The notes: generated by a model from the letters alone, not told the origin. Counted from the stretch's first letter, positions 8,134 to 17,784 are shown. The stretch is 35,388 nt of DNA from an uncultured Odoribacter sp. (GCA_947039985.1 CAMRAP010000001.1:1-35388); one strand, 5' to 3'. Translations and numbers: made by a program.

Positions 8134-9414
8134 ATGAGACTAAAAACATTTGTGACTCTATTCTTTCTAATTCTTGTAGGACATTATTCACTTCAAGCTC
8201 AATTCGATACATACTTTTTAAATAAAACCTTACGATTTGACTATTATCATGGTGGAGATCACAAAGTAGAAGATTATTACTTTGATGAATTAAAGGAAGA
8301 ACCCTATTGGGGAGGCTCAAAAATAGCTCTCGTTGACACCATGGGTTATGGTGTTCAAATGTTTAAAATTATCGATAAAGCCAGCGAAAAAGTTATTTAT
8401 TCTAGAGGATTCTGTACCTTGTTTAAAGAGTGGCAATCCACAGCTGAAGCACAAGATATTCGTAAAGCAATGCCTGAATCAGTGGTATTCCCCTACCCTA
8501 AAAATCCTGTGCGCATTGAATTGTATTCTCGCAATAGAAAAGGTGTTTTTGAAAAGAAATTTGAGCAAGATATTGATCCTAACTCTCATTTTATTCGCCA
8601 ATTCTCACCTAAATATGAAGCGATTGAAATTGCATATCATGGAAGAGCAGATAAACGTGTAGACATCGTGCTTATCTCAGAAGGATATGCCCAAAATGAA
8701 AAAGAAAAATTCATCACTGCTTGCCAGTATTTTGCTAAAGAATTTTTCAGTTATTCGCCCTATAAAGAACAAAAAAACAGCTTTAATATTCAAGCAGTTT
8801 GGGCACCTTCACAAGAATCAGGGGTGACACTACCAGGTGAAAATATTTGGCGTAATACGGCTACAAAAGCACAATTCTACACCTTCGACTCAGAACGCTA
8901 CCAAATGATTGAAGATTTTCAAGGATTACGAGATATTGCAGCACATGTTCCATACGACTATATTTATGTACTTTCGAATACACAAAAATATGGTGGAGGA
9001 GGCATTTATAACTTCTACGGCATCAGTGCAGCCCACAATCCTAGTAGCACTGGAAAAATATATATACATGAATTTGGCCATCTGTTTTTAGGCCTAGGCG
9101 ATGAATATGTTGGAAATGTCTCTTATAGTGATATGTATCCTAAAGGTGTAGAACCTTGGGAAGAAAATTTAACCACCTTGGTTGATTTTGATAAAAAGGA
9201 TTGGAAAAAAATGTTAGATAAAACAACCCCTATTCCAACTCCTGCCAACAAAGAGTATTCAAATAAGATTGGAGTATATGAAGGTGGTGGATATATAAAA
9301 GAAGGTATATACCGCCCCTATCAAACCTGCCTCATGAAAGAACTTTCTGTCGATTTTTTCTGTCCAGTGTGCACACAAGCCATAAAAAAACAAATCAAAT
9401 TTCTTTGTCAATAG
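8134..9414 (+). CDS. Secreted M64-family (IgA peptidase-like) metallopeptidase
   Basis: Signal peptide; HEFGH..GLGDEY zinc motif; YGGGGIYN; C-terminal CLM..FCPVC. Confidence 0.9.
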   Translation: MRLKTFVTLFFLILVGHYSLQAQFDTYFLNKTLRFDYYHGGDHKVEDYYFDELKEEPYWGGSKIALVDTMGYGVQMFKIIDKASEKVIYSRGFCTLFKEWQSTAEAQDIRKAMPESVVFPYPKNPVRIELYSRNRKGVFEKKFEQDIDPNSHFIRQFSPKYEAIEIAYHGRADKRVDIVLISEGYAQNEKEKFITACQYFAKEFFSYSPYKEQKNSFNIQAVWAPSQESGVTLPGENIWRNTATKAQFYTFDSERYQMIEDFQGLRDIAAHVPYDYIYVLSNTQKYGGGGIYNFYGISAAHNPSSTGKIYIHEFGHLFLGLGDEYVGNVSYSDMYPKGVEPWEENLTTLVDFDKKDWKKMLDKTTPIPTPANKEYSNKIGVYEGGGYIKEGIYRPYQTCLMKELSVDFFCPVCTQAIKKQIKFLCQ

Positions 9415-10336
9415 AACTCTTGTAAAATTTACCTTGCCAAGTGTCTAGCTCCTCTAAACGCTTGTCTAACTTTGCAACAAATTCAAAATTTTTCACCCCC
9501 CATTTAGGTGCAATTAAATATTCTGCTGGTGCTTGATTGACAAAACGTTCCAAATACACATCAGGACGAATATGCTCAATGACATCTACCACAAAATCAA
9601 TATACTCTTCTAAGGTATATAGTTGAAAATCAGCCGGAGATTGCATATATTCATCCGCCATACGAGTGTCCCGAATAATCTGTAATTGATGCAATTTCAA
9701 TACATCAATGGGTAAATTACATAAACGTATAGCACCTGCTATCATAGACTCTTTTGTTTCACCAGGCAGACCAAAAATCAAATGAGCACCTATTTTAATC
9801 CCCCTATTTGCCGTCATTCGTATAGCCTCCTCAGCTTCAGCAAATACATGCCCTCGATTTATATTTTGCAAAACCTCATCGTTCACCGACTCGATACCAT
9901 ACTCGATACAAACATAATATTTCTGAGCCAACTCCTCTATATAATCCAAAATCTCCTTCGTAATCGTATCTGGTCGTGTACCTATCACTAAACCCACAAC
10001 ATCCTGACAATTTAAAGCCTCTTCATACTTTCTTCGCAATTCATCCAAAGGGGCATAAGTATTTGAATAGGCCTGAAAATAAGCCAAATACTTTTGTCCT
10101 ATATATTTTCGGGCAAAAAAACTACGTCCCTCTTCTAATTGCTGCGTGATAGAATTCACTGCTCGACAATAATTGGGATTAAAACTTTCATTATTACAAT
10201 AGCTACACCCTCCTACTCCTTTTTTTCCATCTCTATTGGGGCAAGAAAAACCTCCATCAATAGACAATTTTTGCACCCGCCCATGAAATAAGGTTTTAAA
10301 AAAATGGGGGAAATCTTTATATCTTTTTGTCTCCAT
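9395..10336 (-). CDS. yhcC: TIGR01212 family radical SAM protein (YhcC-like)
   Basis: GFSCPNRDG..GGCSYC, YFQAYSNTY, IGTRPD, HLIFGLPGE, KLHQL. Confidence 0.92.
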   Translation of the reverse strand: METKRYKDFPHFFKTLFHGRVQKLSIDGGFSCPNRDGKKGVGGCSYCNNESFNPNYCRAVNSITQQLEEGRSFFARKYIGQKYLAYFQAYSNTYAPLDELRRKYEEALNCQDVVGLVIGTRPDTITKEILDYIEELAQKYYVCIEYGIESVNDEVLQNINRGHVFAEAEEAIRMTANRGIKIGAHLIFGLPGETKESMIAGAIRLCNLPIDVLKLHQLQIIRDTRMADEYMQSPADFQLYTLEEYIDFVVDVIEHIRPDVYLERFVNQAPAEYLIAPKWGVKNFEFVAKLDKRLEELDTWQGKFYKSSIDKEI

Positions 10337-10456
10337 ACGTATCTTACTATAATGTTAGCAAGTTAATGAATATCTTAGTTAATATTCAATACTAACCATA
10401 TAAATATAGTTATAAAAATAATAAAAATACAGCTTCTATTTATGAAAAAAATACAC

Positions 10457-10464
10457 TATATTTG
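10457..10464 (+). promoter_or_regulatory. -7 promoter element for ppdK
   Basis: TATATTTG matches TAnnTTTG, 120 nt upstream of the ATG. Confidence 0.5.
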
Positions 10465-10584
10465 TGTATTGGTTGACATAGTTCCAGTAAAAACTAAGTA
10501 CACCTTTGACATTCAATAGATTGAGAGCATAAAATGATAATTATTTAAACACCCCTTTTAGGGCTAATCTAAATTCAAGAAATT

Positions 10585-13317
10585 ATGAGTACTAAGTTTG
10601 TTTATACATTCGGAGACGGAAAAGCAGAAGGTGATGCAAGAATGAACAATTTGCTTGGTGGCAAAGGAGCCAACCTAGCAGAAATGAATCTTATCGGAGT
10701 GCCTGTACCTGCAGGTTTCACTATCACAACTGAAGTTTGTACACTTTACAATACAGATGGTAAAGAGGCTGTCATCAAAATGATCGAAGATCAGGTAAAA
10801 GCTGGTATTATCGAAACAGAAAAAGCAATGAATGCCAAGTTTGGAGCAAAAGCAGGTGAAGCATTCCCACTTTTATTATCCGTACGTTCTGGAGCTAGAG
10901 TTTCTATGCCAGGCATGATGAATACTGTTCTTAATCTAGGAATGAATGACGAAGCAGTTAAAATTGTAGCCGATAAATCAGGAAATGCTCGTTTTGCATG
11001 GGATTCATATCGCCGTTTTATACAAATGTACGGAGACGTAGTTATGGGGGTTGAAGCCGAAAAAGGAGAACACGATCCTTTTGAAGTAGAAATTGACAAA
11101 TTAAAAGCAGTTCGAAATATTGATTTAGATACTGAATTCACAGCTGAAGACCTACAAATTCTTGTAAATAAATTCAAAACTATAGTAAAAAGAAAAACAG
11201 GCAAAGATTTCCCTACTTGCCCATGGGAGCAACTTTGGGGAGCTGTATGTGCTGTATTCGATTCTTGGAATACAGATCGTGCCATTCTTTATCGTCAATT
11301 GAATCAAATTCCTGAAGAATGGGGAACGGCTGTAAACGTACAAGCTATGGTTTACGGAAATATGGGTTCTAACTCAGCTACTGGTGTTGCTTTCACTCGT
11401 GATGCTTCAACAGGAGAAGATATTTTCAACGGAGAGTATTTAATTGATGCCCAAGGCGAAGATGTTGTTGCTGGTATCCGTACACCACAAGAAATCACGC
11501 TTGAAGGTTCTCGCCGTTGGGCTAAATTGCAACATGTTTCAGAAATAGATAGAGCAGCAAAATACCCTTCTTTAGAAGAATCGATGCCACAGTCCTATGC
11601 GGATTTAAATACAACACAGCAAAGACTGGAAGATTATTTCCACGATATGCAAGATCTAGAGTTTACTATCCAAGATGGTAAATTATGGATGCTTCAAACA
11701 CGTAGTGGAAAGCGAACAGGAACAGCAATGGTTAAAATGGTTGTTGATATGTTAGCAGAGGGAATGATCAATGAAGAAACAGCTCTTCTACGTTTGGAAG
11801 CGGCAAAATTGGATGAACTTCTTCACCCCGTATTTGAAAAAACAGCGCTTACAAAAGCGAAAGCTCTTACCCAAGGTCTTCCTGCCTCTCCAGGTGCTGC
11901 TTGTGGACGTGCCGTATTCTTTGCTGACGAAGCAGAAGAGTGGAAAGAACGTGGTGAGAAAATAATTCTTGTTCGTCTTGAAACTTCACCTGAAGATTTA
12001 CGGGGTATGAATGTAGCTGAAGGTATCCTTACTGCACGTGGGGGTATGACTTCTCATGCTGCTGTTGTTGCTCGTGGAATGGGGAAATGCTGTGTATCTG
12101 GAGCAGGTGAAATTAGCGTAGACTATTCAAAGCGTAAGTTCACTGTAAACGGAATGGAAATTAATGAAGGTGATTGGATCTCATTAAATGGATCTACAGG
12201 TATCGTTTATCTTGGTAAAGTGGGGACAACTGAAGCCTCTCTTGATGACGACTTCCAAAAAATCATGCAACTTGCTGATAAATATACGCGCATGCACGTT
12301 CGTACAAATGCTGACTCCCCCAAAGATGCAAAAGTGGCGCGCGAGTTTGGTGCACAAGGTGTTGGACTTTGCCGCACAGAGCATATGTTCTTCGAAGGAA
12401 ATCGTATCGACATTATGCGTGAAATGATTCTTTCTAACGATGAAACAGGTCGTCGTGCTGCTCTTGCAAAACTATTACCCATACAGCGTGCTGACTTTGA
12501 AGGCATCTTTGAAACAATGGACGGATTTGGTGTAACTGTACGTCTTTTGGATCCACCTTTACATGAGTTTACTCCAAATGATACTGAATCACAAGCATAT
12601 ATGGCAGAGAAATTAGGCATTACTGCAGAAGAGGTAAAACAAAAGGTAGATTCTCTACATGAATTCAATCCTATGTTAGGACACCGTGGATGTCGTTTAG
12701 GTATTGTTTATCCTGAAATCACTGAAATGCAAGCAAGAGCTATTATCGAAGCGGCATGTAATCTTAAAGCAAAAGGTTTTAATCCCAAAGCAGAAATCAT
12801 GGTTCCACTTGTTGGAGAGGTGAAAGAACTTCAATTACAAGCTGGAATTATCCGTAGTGTGGCAGAAGTTGTTTTTGCAGAAAAAGGAATGCGCGTTGAT
12901 TACCAGGTGGGTACTATGATCGAAATCCCTCGTGCAGCTCTTACAGCTGATCAAATTGCTGAGGTAGCTGAATTCTTTTCGTTTGGTACAAATGACTTGA
13001 CTCAGATGGCTTACGGTTATTCTCGTGATGATGCAGGTAAATTCTTACCAGAATACTTGAAAAAAGGTATCCTTAAAACAGATCCATTTGCAGTACTTGA
13101 TCAAACAGGTGTTGGTCAATTAGTTGAAATGGGAACTGCGAAAGGACGTTCTACAAACCCAAAACTTAAAGTGGGTATATGTGGTGAACACGGAGGAGAA
13201 CCTTCATCAGTCATTTTCTGTGATAAAGTGGGTATGAACTATGTTTCATGTTCACCATTCCGTGTGCCTATCGCACGCTTGGCTGCTGCTCAAGCTGCTT
13301 TAATACACTCTAAGTAA
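10585..13317 (+). CDS. ppdK: Pyruvate, phosphate dikinase
   Basis: LLGGKGANLAEM, SVRSGARVSMPGMM, GGMTSHAAVVAR (phospho-His), GLCRTEHMFF, FSFGTNDLTQM, GICGEHGG. Confidence 0.99.
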   Translation: MSTKFVYTFGDGKAEGDARMNNLLGGKGANLAEMNLIGVPVPAGFTITTEVCTLYNTDGKEAVIKMIEDQVKAGIIETEKAMNAKFGAKAGEAFPLLLSVRSGARVSMPGMMNTVLNLGMNDEAVKIVADKSGNARFAWDSYRRFIQMYGDVVMGVEAEKGEHDPFEVEIDKLKAVRNIDLDTEFTAEDLQILVNKFKTIVKRKTGKDFPTCPWEQLWGAVCAVFDSWNTDRAILYRQLNQIPEEWGTAVNVQAMVYGNMGSNSATGVAFTRDASTGEDIFNGEYLIDAQGEDVVAGIRTPQEITLEGSRRWAKLQHVSEIDRAAKYPSLEESMPQSYADLNTTQQRLEDYFHDMQDLEFTIQDGKLWMLQTRSGKRTGTAMVKMVVDMLAEGMINEETALLRLEAAKLDELLHPVFEKTALTKAKALTQGLPASPGAACGRAVFFADEAEEWKERGEKIILVRLETSPEDLRGMNVAEGILTARGGMTSHAAVVARGMGKCCVSGAGEISVDYSKRKFTVNGMEINEGDWISLNGSTGIVYLGKVGTTEASLDDDFQKIMQLADKYTRMHVRTNADSPKDAKVAREFGAQGVGLCRTEHMFFEGNRIDIMREMILSNDETGRRAALAKLLPIQRADFEGIFETMDGFGVTVRLLDPPLHEFTPNDTESQAYMAEKLGITAEEVKQKVDSLHEFNPMLGHRGCRLGIVYPEITEMQARAIIEAACNLKAKGFNPKAEIMVPLVGEVKELQLQAGIIRSVAEVVFAEKGMRVDYQVGTMIEIPRAALTADQIAEVAEFFSFGTNDLTQMAYGYSRDDAGKFLPEYLKKGILKTDPFAVLDQTGVGQLVEMGTAKGRSTNPKLKVGICGEHGGEPSSVIFCDKVGMNYVSCSPFRVPIARLAAAQAALIHSK

Positions 13318-13333
13318 CTATTACTTTATATTT

Positions 13334-13367
13334 AAAAAAAGCTGTCTCTTTCAAGGCAGCTTTTTTT
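13334..13367 (+). terminator. Intrinsic terminator of ppdK
   Basis: A7-GCTGTC-8-nt loop-GGCAGC-T7. Confidence 0.85.
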
Positions 13368-13387
13368 ACTTTTTCAAATCTTTATTA

Positions 13388-13395
13388 TACCTTTG
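13388..13395 (+). promoter_or_regulatory. -7 promoter element for the meaB'-GT9-meaB unit
   Basis: TACCTTTG matches TAnnTTTG. Confidence 0.65.
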
Positions 13396-13414
13396 TTAGA
13401 AACAAAATCTAGAT

Positions 13415-13726
13415 ATGAGCATGTCAGAAGATACGATACACCCAGAGAACTCATCAAAGTACGAAGCTTTGAAAGTCAAGAAAGGTATTCCACAACCAGA
13501 AGCAATGAATCCTAATATTGCTGCTCGCCTAAAAAATATTAGAAAAAAAGAAGTAACTACAAACCATTATGTAGAAAGCATTCTAAAAGGCAATATAAAT
13601 TGCCTCAGCCAAGCAAGCACTCTCCTTGAAAGTACAAAACTAGCACATCAAACCATTGCAAAAGAGGTCATTAATTGCTACTTACCATCCTCAGGACATT
13701 CAATACGAATAGATATAACAAAATAA
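13415..13726 (+). pseudogene. meaB: Truncated 5' copy of meaB (first ~100 codons, ends just before Walker A)
   Basis: 13421-13720 aligns without gaps to 14867-15166 (about 52 mismatches in 300 nt by hand count, ~83%); ends RIDITK* where intact MeaB has RIGITGVPGAGKS. Confidence 0.88.
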
Positions 13727-13795
13727 TATATTCATAACAATAGTCGCCGTTGAAAACACTAGCCGACTATTCATTATAAAAACACATTTATAGTC

Positions 13796-14857
13796 ATGAA
13801 AGTAAACAACAAAATAAATGGCTTTCGACGCAATATGATGCGTAAGCTTACTAAAAACATTGGGAACGACAAAGGAAAATTAAATTCGACTAATCTTGAC
13901 AGTATTAAGCGAATATTAATTAATCGCCCTAACAGTCGACTTGGCAATCAATTACTAGCGACACCACTACTTCAAGAACTACAGCGTGTATTTCCGAATG
14001 CTCATGTAGATCTGTTTGTACGTAGCCGAATTGCTCCCATTATTTTTCAAAACTATACCAATGTCGATAAAATAATCACCCTTCCGAGTAAGCCTTTTAA
14101 CGAAATTTTCAAATACCTTGGAGTCTGGTTTTCCCTACTCAAACAAAAGTATGACTTAGTAATAAATATTGACAGTGGGTCATCATCGGGTAGACTTTCA
14201 ACGGCTTTATCAAAAGCAGAATATAAGTTGTTTTGTGATAGTACAGAACAATTTCCAACTGTATTTAGCGATTATTTCCATATGGCAAAACGTCCTGTGT
14301 ATTGTTTACGCAACTATATTGGGCAAACAGAACTATCTACACCTCTGCTACCATCACTAAGTATTTTATTAAAGGACGACGAACGTCTTAAAGGCCATGA
14401 AATTATCAAGTGCCTAACAAAAAATGACAAAAAGACAATTGGTATTTACACTTTTGCCACAGGTAACAAATGCCTTTCTACGGAATGGTGGACAGAGACA
14501 TACGAGAAAATTTGCCGTAAATTTCAAGATGAATACAATATTATAGAAGTTTTACCGATTGAAAATGTTTCACAAATCGACTTTAAAGCTCCGTCATATT
14601 ACAGTCGTGATATTCGAGAGATGGCTGGTGTGATGGATAACCTAACTGCATTTGTCACTGCTGATTGTGGCATTATGCACCTTGCTAGCGCCACAAATAC
14701 ACCTATCGTATCTCTTTTTTCGATAACGAGTCCTACTATTTATCGCCCATACAATAATGGCAGTGTTGTATTAGAAACTAAAAACATCAATAATACAGAT
14801 GAAGTCATTGATGAGCTAACAAAGATCGTAGAAAAAAATACTATAAATAAAATGTAA
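13796..14857 (+). CDS. Glycosyltransferase family 9 (heptosyltransferase-like) protein
   Basis: RPNSRLGNQLLATPLLQEL..FPNAHVD, KYDLVIN, FVTADCGIMHLASATNTPIVSLF. Confidence 0.88.
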   Translation: MKVNNKINGFRRNMMRKLTKNIGNDKGKLNSTNLDSIKRILINRPNSRLGNQLLATPLLQELQRVFPNAHVDLFVRSRIAPIIFQNYTNVDKIITLPSKPFNEIFKYLGVWFSLLKQKYDLVINIDSGSSSGRLSTALSKAEYKLFCDSTEQFPTVFSDYFHMAKRPVYCLRNYIGQTELSTPLLPSLSILLKDDERLKGHEIIKCLTKNDKKTIGIYTFATGNKCLSTEWWTETYEKICRKFQDEYNIIEVLPIENVSQIDFKAPSYYSRDIREMAGVMDNLTAFVTADCGIMHLASATNTPIVSLFSITSPTIYRPYNNGSVVLETKNINNTDEVIDELTKIVEKNTINKM

Positions 14858-14866
14858 GTTTTAATT

Positions 14867-15982
14867 ATGTCAGAAGATACTAAACACCACGAAAACTCAT
14901 CAAAGTACGAAGCTTTGAAAGTCAATAAAGGAATCCCAAAACCAGCAGCAATGAATCCCAATATTGCTGCTAGATTAAAAGATATTAGAAAAAAGGACCT
15001 AACAGCAGATGACTATGTTGAAGGTATTTTAAAAGGAAATATCAATATTCTCAGTCAAGCGATTACTCTTGTTGAAAGTGCAAAACCAGCACATAAAACC
15101 ATTGCTCAAGAAGTCATTAATCGCTGCTTACCATCCTCAGGTCGTTCAATACGAATAGGTATTACTGGAGTTCCAGGAGCAGGGAAAAGTACGTTCATCG
15201 AAAGCTTTGGAGAACAATTAACAAAAGAGGGACATAAAATTGCAGTACTCGCAATTGATCCTAGTAGCGAGCGTTCAAAAGGAAGCATCTTAGGTGACAA
15301 AACACGTATGGAAACATTAGCTTGTAATCCACATGCATATATACGCCCCTCTCCCTCTTCAGGCTCCTTGGGTGGTGTAGCTCGTAAAACGCGTGAAGCA
15401 ATGATCTTATGCGAAACAGCAGGTTTTGATATCGTCCTAATCGAAACAGTTGGAGTTGGTCAAAGTGAAACTGCTGTACATTCAATGGTTGATTTCTTTC
15501 TACTGGTACAAATTGCAGGAGCTGGCGATGAATTACAGGGAATCAAACGAGGCATCATGGAAATGGCTGATGGCATTGTCATAAACAAAGCAGATGGAAA
15601 TAATATACAACGAGCAGAACTAGCAAAAGTACAACTACAAACAGCCTTACACTATTTCCCTCCACACGAATCAGGAGTTGCACCCAAAGTAATGACTTGC
15701 TCTGCCTATGAACAAACTGGGATAGATGCTGTTTGGGAAAATATGCTTAATTATTGTAGTGCTACTCAGCAAAATGCTTATTTTGAAAATCGTCGTGCAG
15801 AACAAGCTAAATATTGGATGTATGAAACCATCAATGAGCATTTACGTTCTCGATTCTATCAAAGTCAGCATGAGAATCTAAAAACAGCCGAACAGCAAGT
15901 CATGAGTAATCAAGTTAGCTCATTTGCTGCTGCTTTTGAATTGTTGAATAAATATTTTGATGCAGAAGCAGAAAAGAGTTAG
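14867..15982 (+). CDS. meaB: Methylmalonyl-CoA mutase-associated GTPase MeaB (ArgK/MMAA family)
   Basis: GITGVPGAGKST, AIDPSS, GSILGDKTRM, ETVGVGQSE, GDELQGIKRGIME, NKAD. Confidence 0.96.
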   Translation: MSEDTKHHENSSKYEALKVNKGIPKPAAMNPNIAARLKDIRKKDLTADDYVEGILKGNINILSQAITLVESAKPAHKTIAQEVINRCLPSSGRSIRIGITGVPGAGKSTFIESFGEQLTKEGHKIAVLAIDPSSERSKGSILGDKTRMETLACNPHAYIRPSPSSGSLGGVARKTREAMILCETAGFDIVLIETVGVGQSETAVHSMVDFFLLVQIAGAGDELQGIKRGIMEMADGIVINKADGNNIQRAELAKVQLQTALHYFPPHESGVAPKVMTCSAYEQTGIDAVWENMLNYCSATQQNAYFENRRAEQAKYWMYETINEHLRSRFYQSQHENLKTAEQQVMSNQVSSFAAAFELLNKYFDAEAEKS

Positions 15983-16004
15983 CTTATACTAAGCTAACTC
16001 TTTT
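15972..16004. terminator. Bidirectional terminator between convergent meaB and the HsdR_N gene
   Basis: 15-bp perfect inverted repeat AAAAGAGTTAGCTTA-TAC-TAAGCTAACTCTTTT overlapping both stop codons. Confidence 0.85.
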
Positions 16005-16443
16005 ATACCCATTCTGGAAAATCTTTCAAAAACAAGAAGCCTTGAGAAGCATCTATTTTTCCACAATGGTGAGTAATTCCATTGGTTATAGCAACATATG
16101 GAGCAGACAGTACAATGTTATATCGAAAGGCTTGATCAAAAACTTGCTTGGTTAAATTGACTGTCGGTGCCTTACATTCAATTAATAACCAGGACTCACC
16201 ACTTCTATCAAATACAACAATATCAAAACGGCGAGACAAACCATAAAGATCTATTTCCCTTTCAACAGCAATAAGAGTTGCTGGATATTTTTTCACAGCC
16301 ATCAAGTAGTGAATCACATGTTGCCGTACCCACTCTTCTGGAGTTAATACAACGTATTTTTTCCGAACAACATCAAAAATAAAAACAGTTTCACCCTGCT
16401 TTTTTACTTTATAATCAAATGCAGGCAGAGATAATTCTAACAT
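16003..16443 (-). CDS. Stand-alone type I restriction enzyme HsdR N-terminal domain protein (HSDR_N_2-like)
   Basis: IFDVVRKKYVVLTPEEWVRQ, RFDIVV, LIECKAP, Q..RYN, ITNG (PD-(D/E)XK-like). Confidence 0.87.
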   Translation of the reverse strand: MLELSLPAFDYKVKKQGETVFIFDVVRKKYVVLTPEEWVRQHVIHYLMAVKKYPATLIAVEREIDLYGLSRRFDIVVFDRSGESWLLIECKAPTVNLTKQVFDQAFRYNIVLSAPYVAITNGITHHCGKIDASQGFLFLKDFPEWV

Positions 16444-17702
16444 ACACGTTGAAATTTTAAATCATTCACCCCCTGTTTCTTTATTTTCAATAAACTACTA
16501 TCCCCATAACTTAGAAAACGAAATTCATGATTCAGCGCGTAATCATAAATTTTCCGCCAATCTTCACCAACAGCAGCTCCAACTAACAGCAACAAGGTGC
16601 TTTGAGGTTGGTGGAAATTTGTAAACATCCCCCCTATCACCTGAAATGTATAACCGGGTACGATCATAATAGTTGTTTGAGCTTTTAATAACTCTTGCTG
16701 TGTTTTTTCAAACCAATCAACTAATGCACTCATCGACTCTTGCAAAGAGTAGTGAGAAGGTAATATATATACTTCCCACTGTCCCAAAGAGTTAAACTCA
16801 TGGATCCCTTCCAAACATTTCACCCCCATCCAATAAAGACTTTCCAATGTGCGAACTGATGTTGTACCAACAGCTATAATTTCTCCTTTTTGTTCCTTCA
16901 ACTTCTCTACTAGATTCCGAGAAATCATGATATGCTCAGTGTGCATATCATGATCTCCAATCTGTTCTGCTTTTACAGGTCGAAAAGTACCCGCTCCTAC
17001 ATGCAACGTTAAACCCGCAACCTCTACTCCCTTTTCCTCTAAATCAGATAATATCTCTTGTGTAAAATGCAAGCCAGCAGTAGGTGCAGCAACAGAGCCC
17101 TCTTCTTTTGAGTATATCGTTTGATAACGCAATTCATCTGACTCTTCAGACTCACGATTCAAATAGGGTGGAATAGGCATTTGTCCACAAACATCCAAAA
17201 CTTCACTAAACGAAAAATCACCATTCCAACTGAAGCGAACAACAACCTCTCCATTTTGTTGAGATTTTTTCTCGGCTTCTAGTACATATTTTTCACCCTG
17301 ATACTCAAATTGACATACAATATTTTCAGCTTTCCATTTTTTCAAATTACCAACCATACATATCCACTCACATTGCCCGATACTCGAAAAACTCTGCGTA
17401 TAATCAACTGGAGAACAAGGCTCAAGACAAAACACTTCAATAACAGCTCCTGTTGATTTCTTGAAGAATAAACGAGCATGAATCACTTTCGTATTATTAA
17501 AGATCAATAACTGCCCTTCCTGCAATACATTCCTCGTGTCAGTAAAATGCTTTTCACAAATCTGCCCTTCATCATAAATCAATAACTTTGACATCTCTCG
17601 CTCTGCCAAAGGAAACTTTGCAATCATTTCATCTACAAGATCATAAGTATAGGATTCAATCTTAATGTCTCTAAGTTCCTTTAACTGTTCTTCGGTTTTC
17701 AT
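16437..17702 (-). CDS. queA: S-adenosylmethionine:tRNA ribosyltransferase-isomerase
   Basis: FNNTKVIHARL, PIPPYL, YQTIY, GSVAAPTAGLHFT, LHVGAGTFRPV, VGTTSVRTLES, TNFHQPQSTL, FLSYGDS. Confidence 0.96.
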   Translation of the reverse strand: MKTEEQLKELRDIKIESYTYDLVDEMIAKFPLAEREMSKLLIYDEGQICEKHFTDTRNVLQEGQLLIFNNTKVIHARLFFKKSTGAVIEVFCLEPCSPVDYTQSFSSIGQCEWICMVGNLKKWKAENIVCQFEYQGEKYVLEAEKKSQQNGEVVVRFSWNGDFSFSEVLDVCGQMPIPPYLNRESEESDELRYQTIYSKEEGSVAAPTAGLHFTQEILSDLEEKGVEVAGLTLHVGAGTFRPVKAEQIGDHDMHTEHIMISRNLVEKLKEQKGEIIAVGTTSVRTLESLYWMGVKCLEGIHEFNSLGQWEVYILPSHYSLQESMSALVDWFEKTQQELLKAQTTIMIVPGYTFQVIGGMFTNFHQPQSTLLLLVGAAVGEDWRKIYDYALNHEFRFLSYGDSSLLKIKKQGVNDLKFQRVC

Positions 17703-17725
17703 TTTGTTTTTTGAAGATTATGTTA

Positions 17726-17756
17726 TAATTTTAGTGCCAGAAAACATGCAAAGATA
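17726..17756. promoter_or_regulatory. Overlapping promoter elements for amn (+) and queA (-)
   Basis: TAATTTTA variant at 17726-17733 (+); TATCTTTG at 17756..17749 (-). Confidence 0.5.
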
Positions 17757-17784
17757 AGAAAAACTTAAAACAAATTATAAACGT

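Noticed and set aside
16003-16443. Type I restriction-modification or other defence island
   Set aside because: Only a 146-aa N-terminal domain with no hsdM, hsdS or helicase, embedded among housekeeping genes
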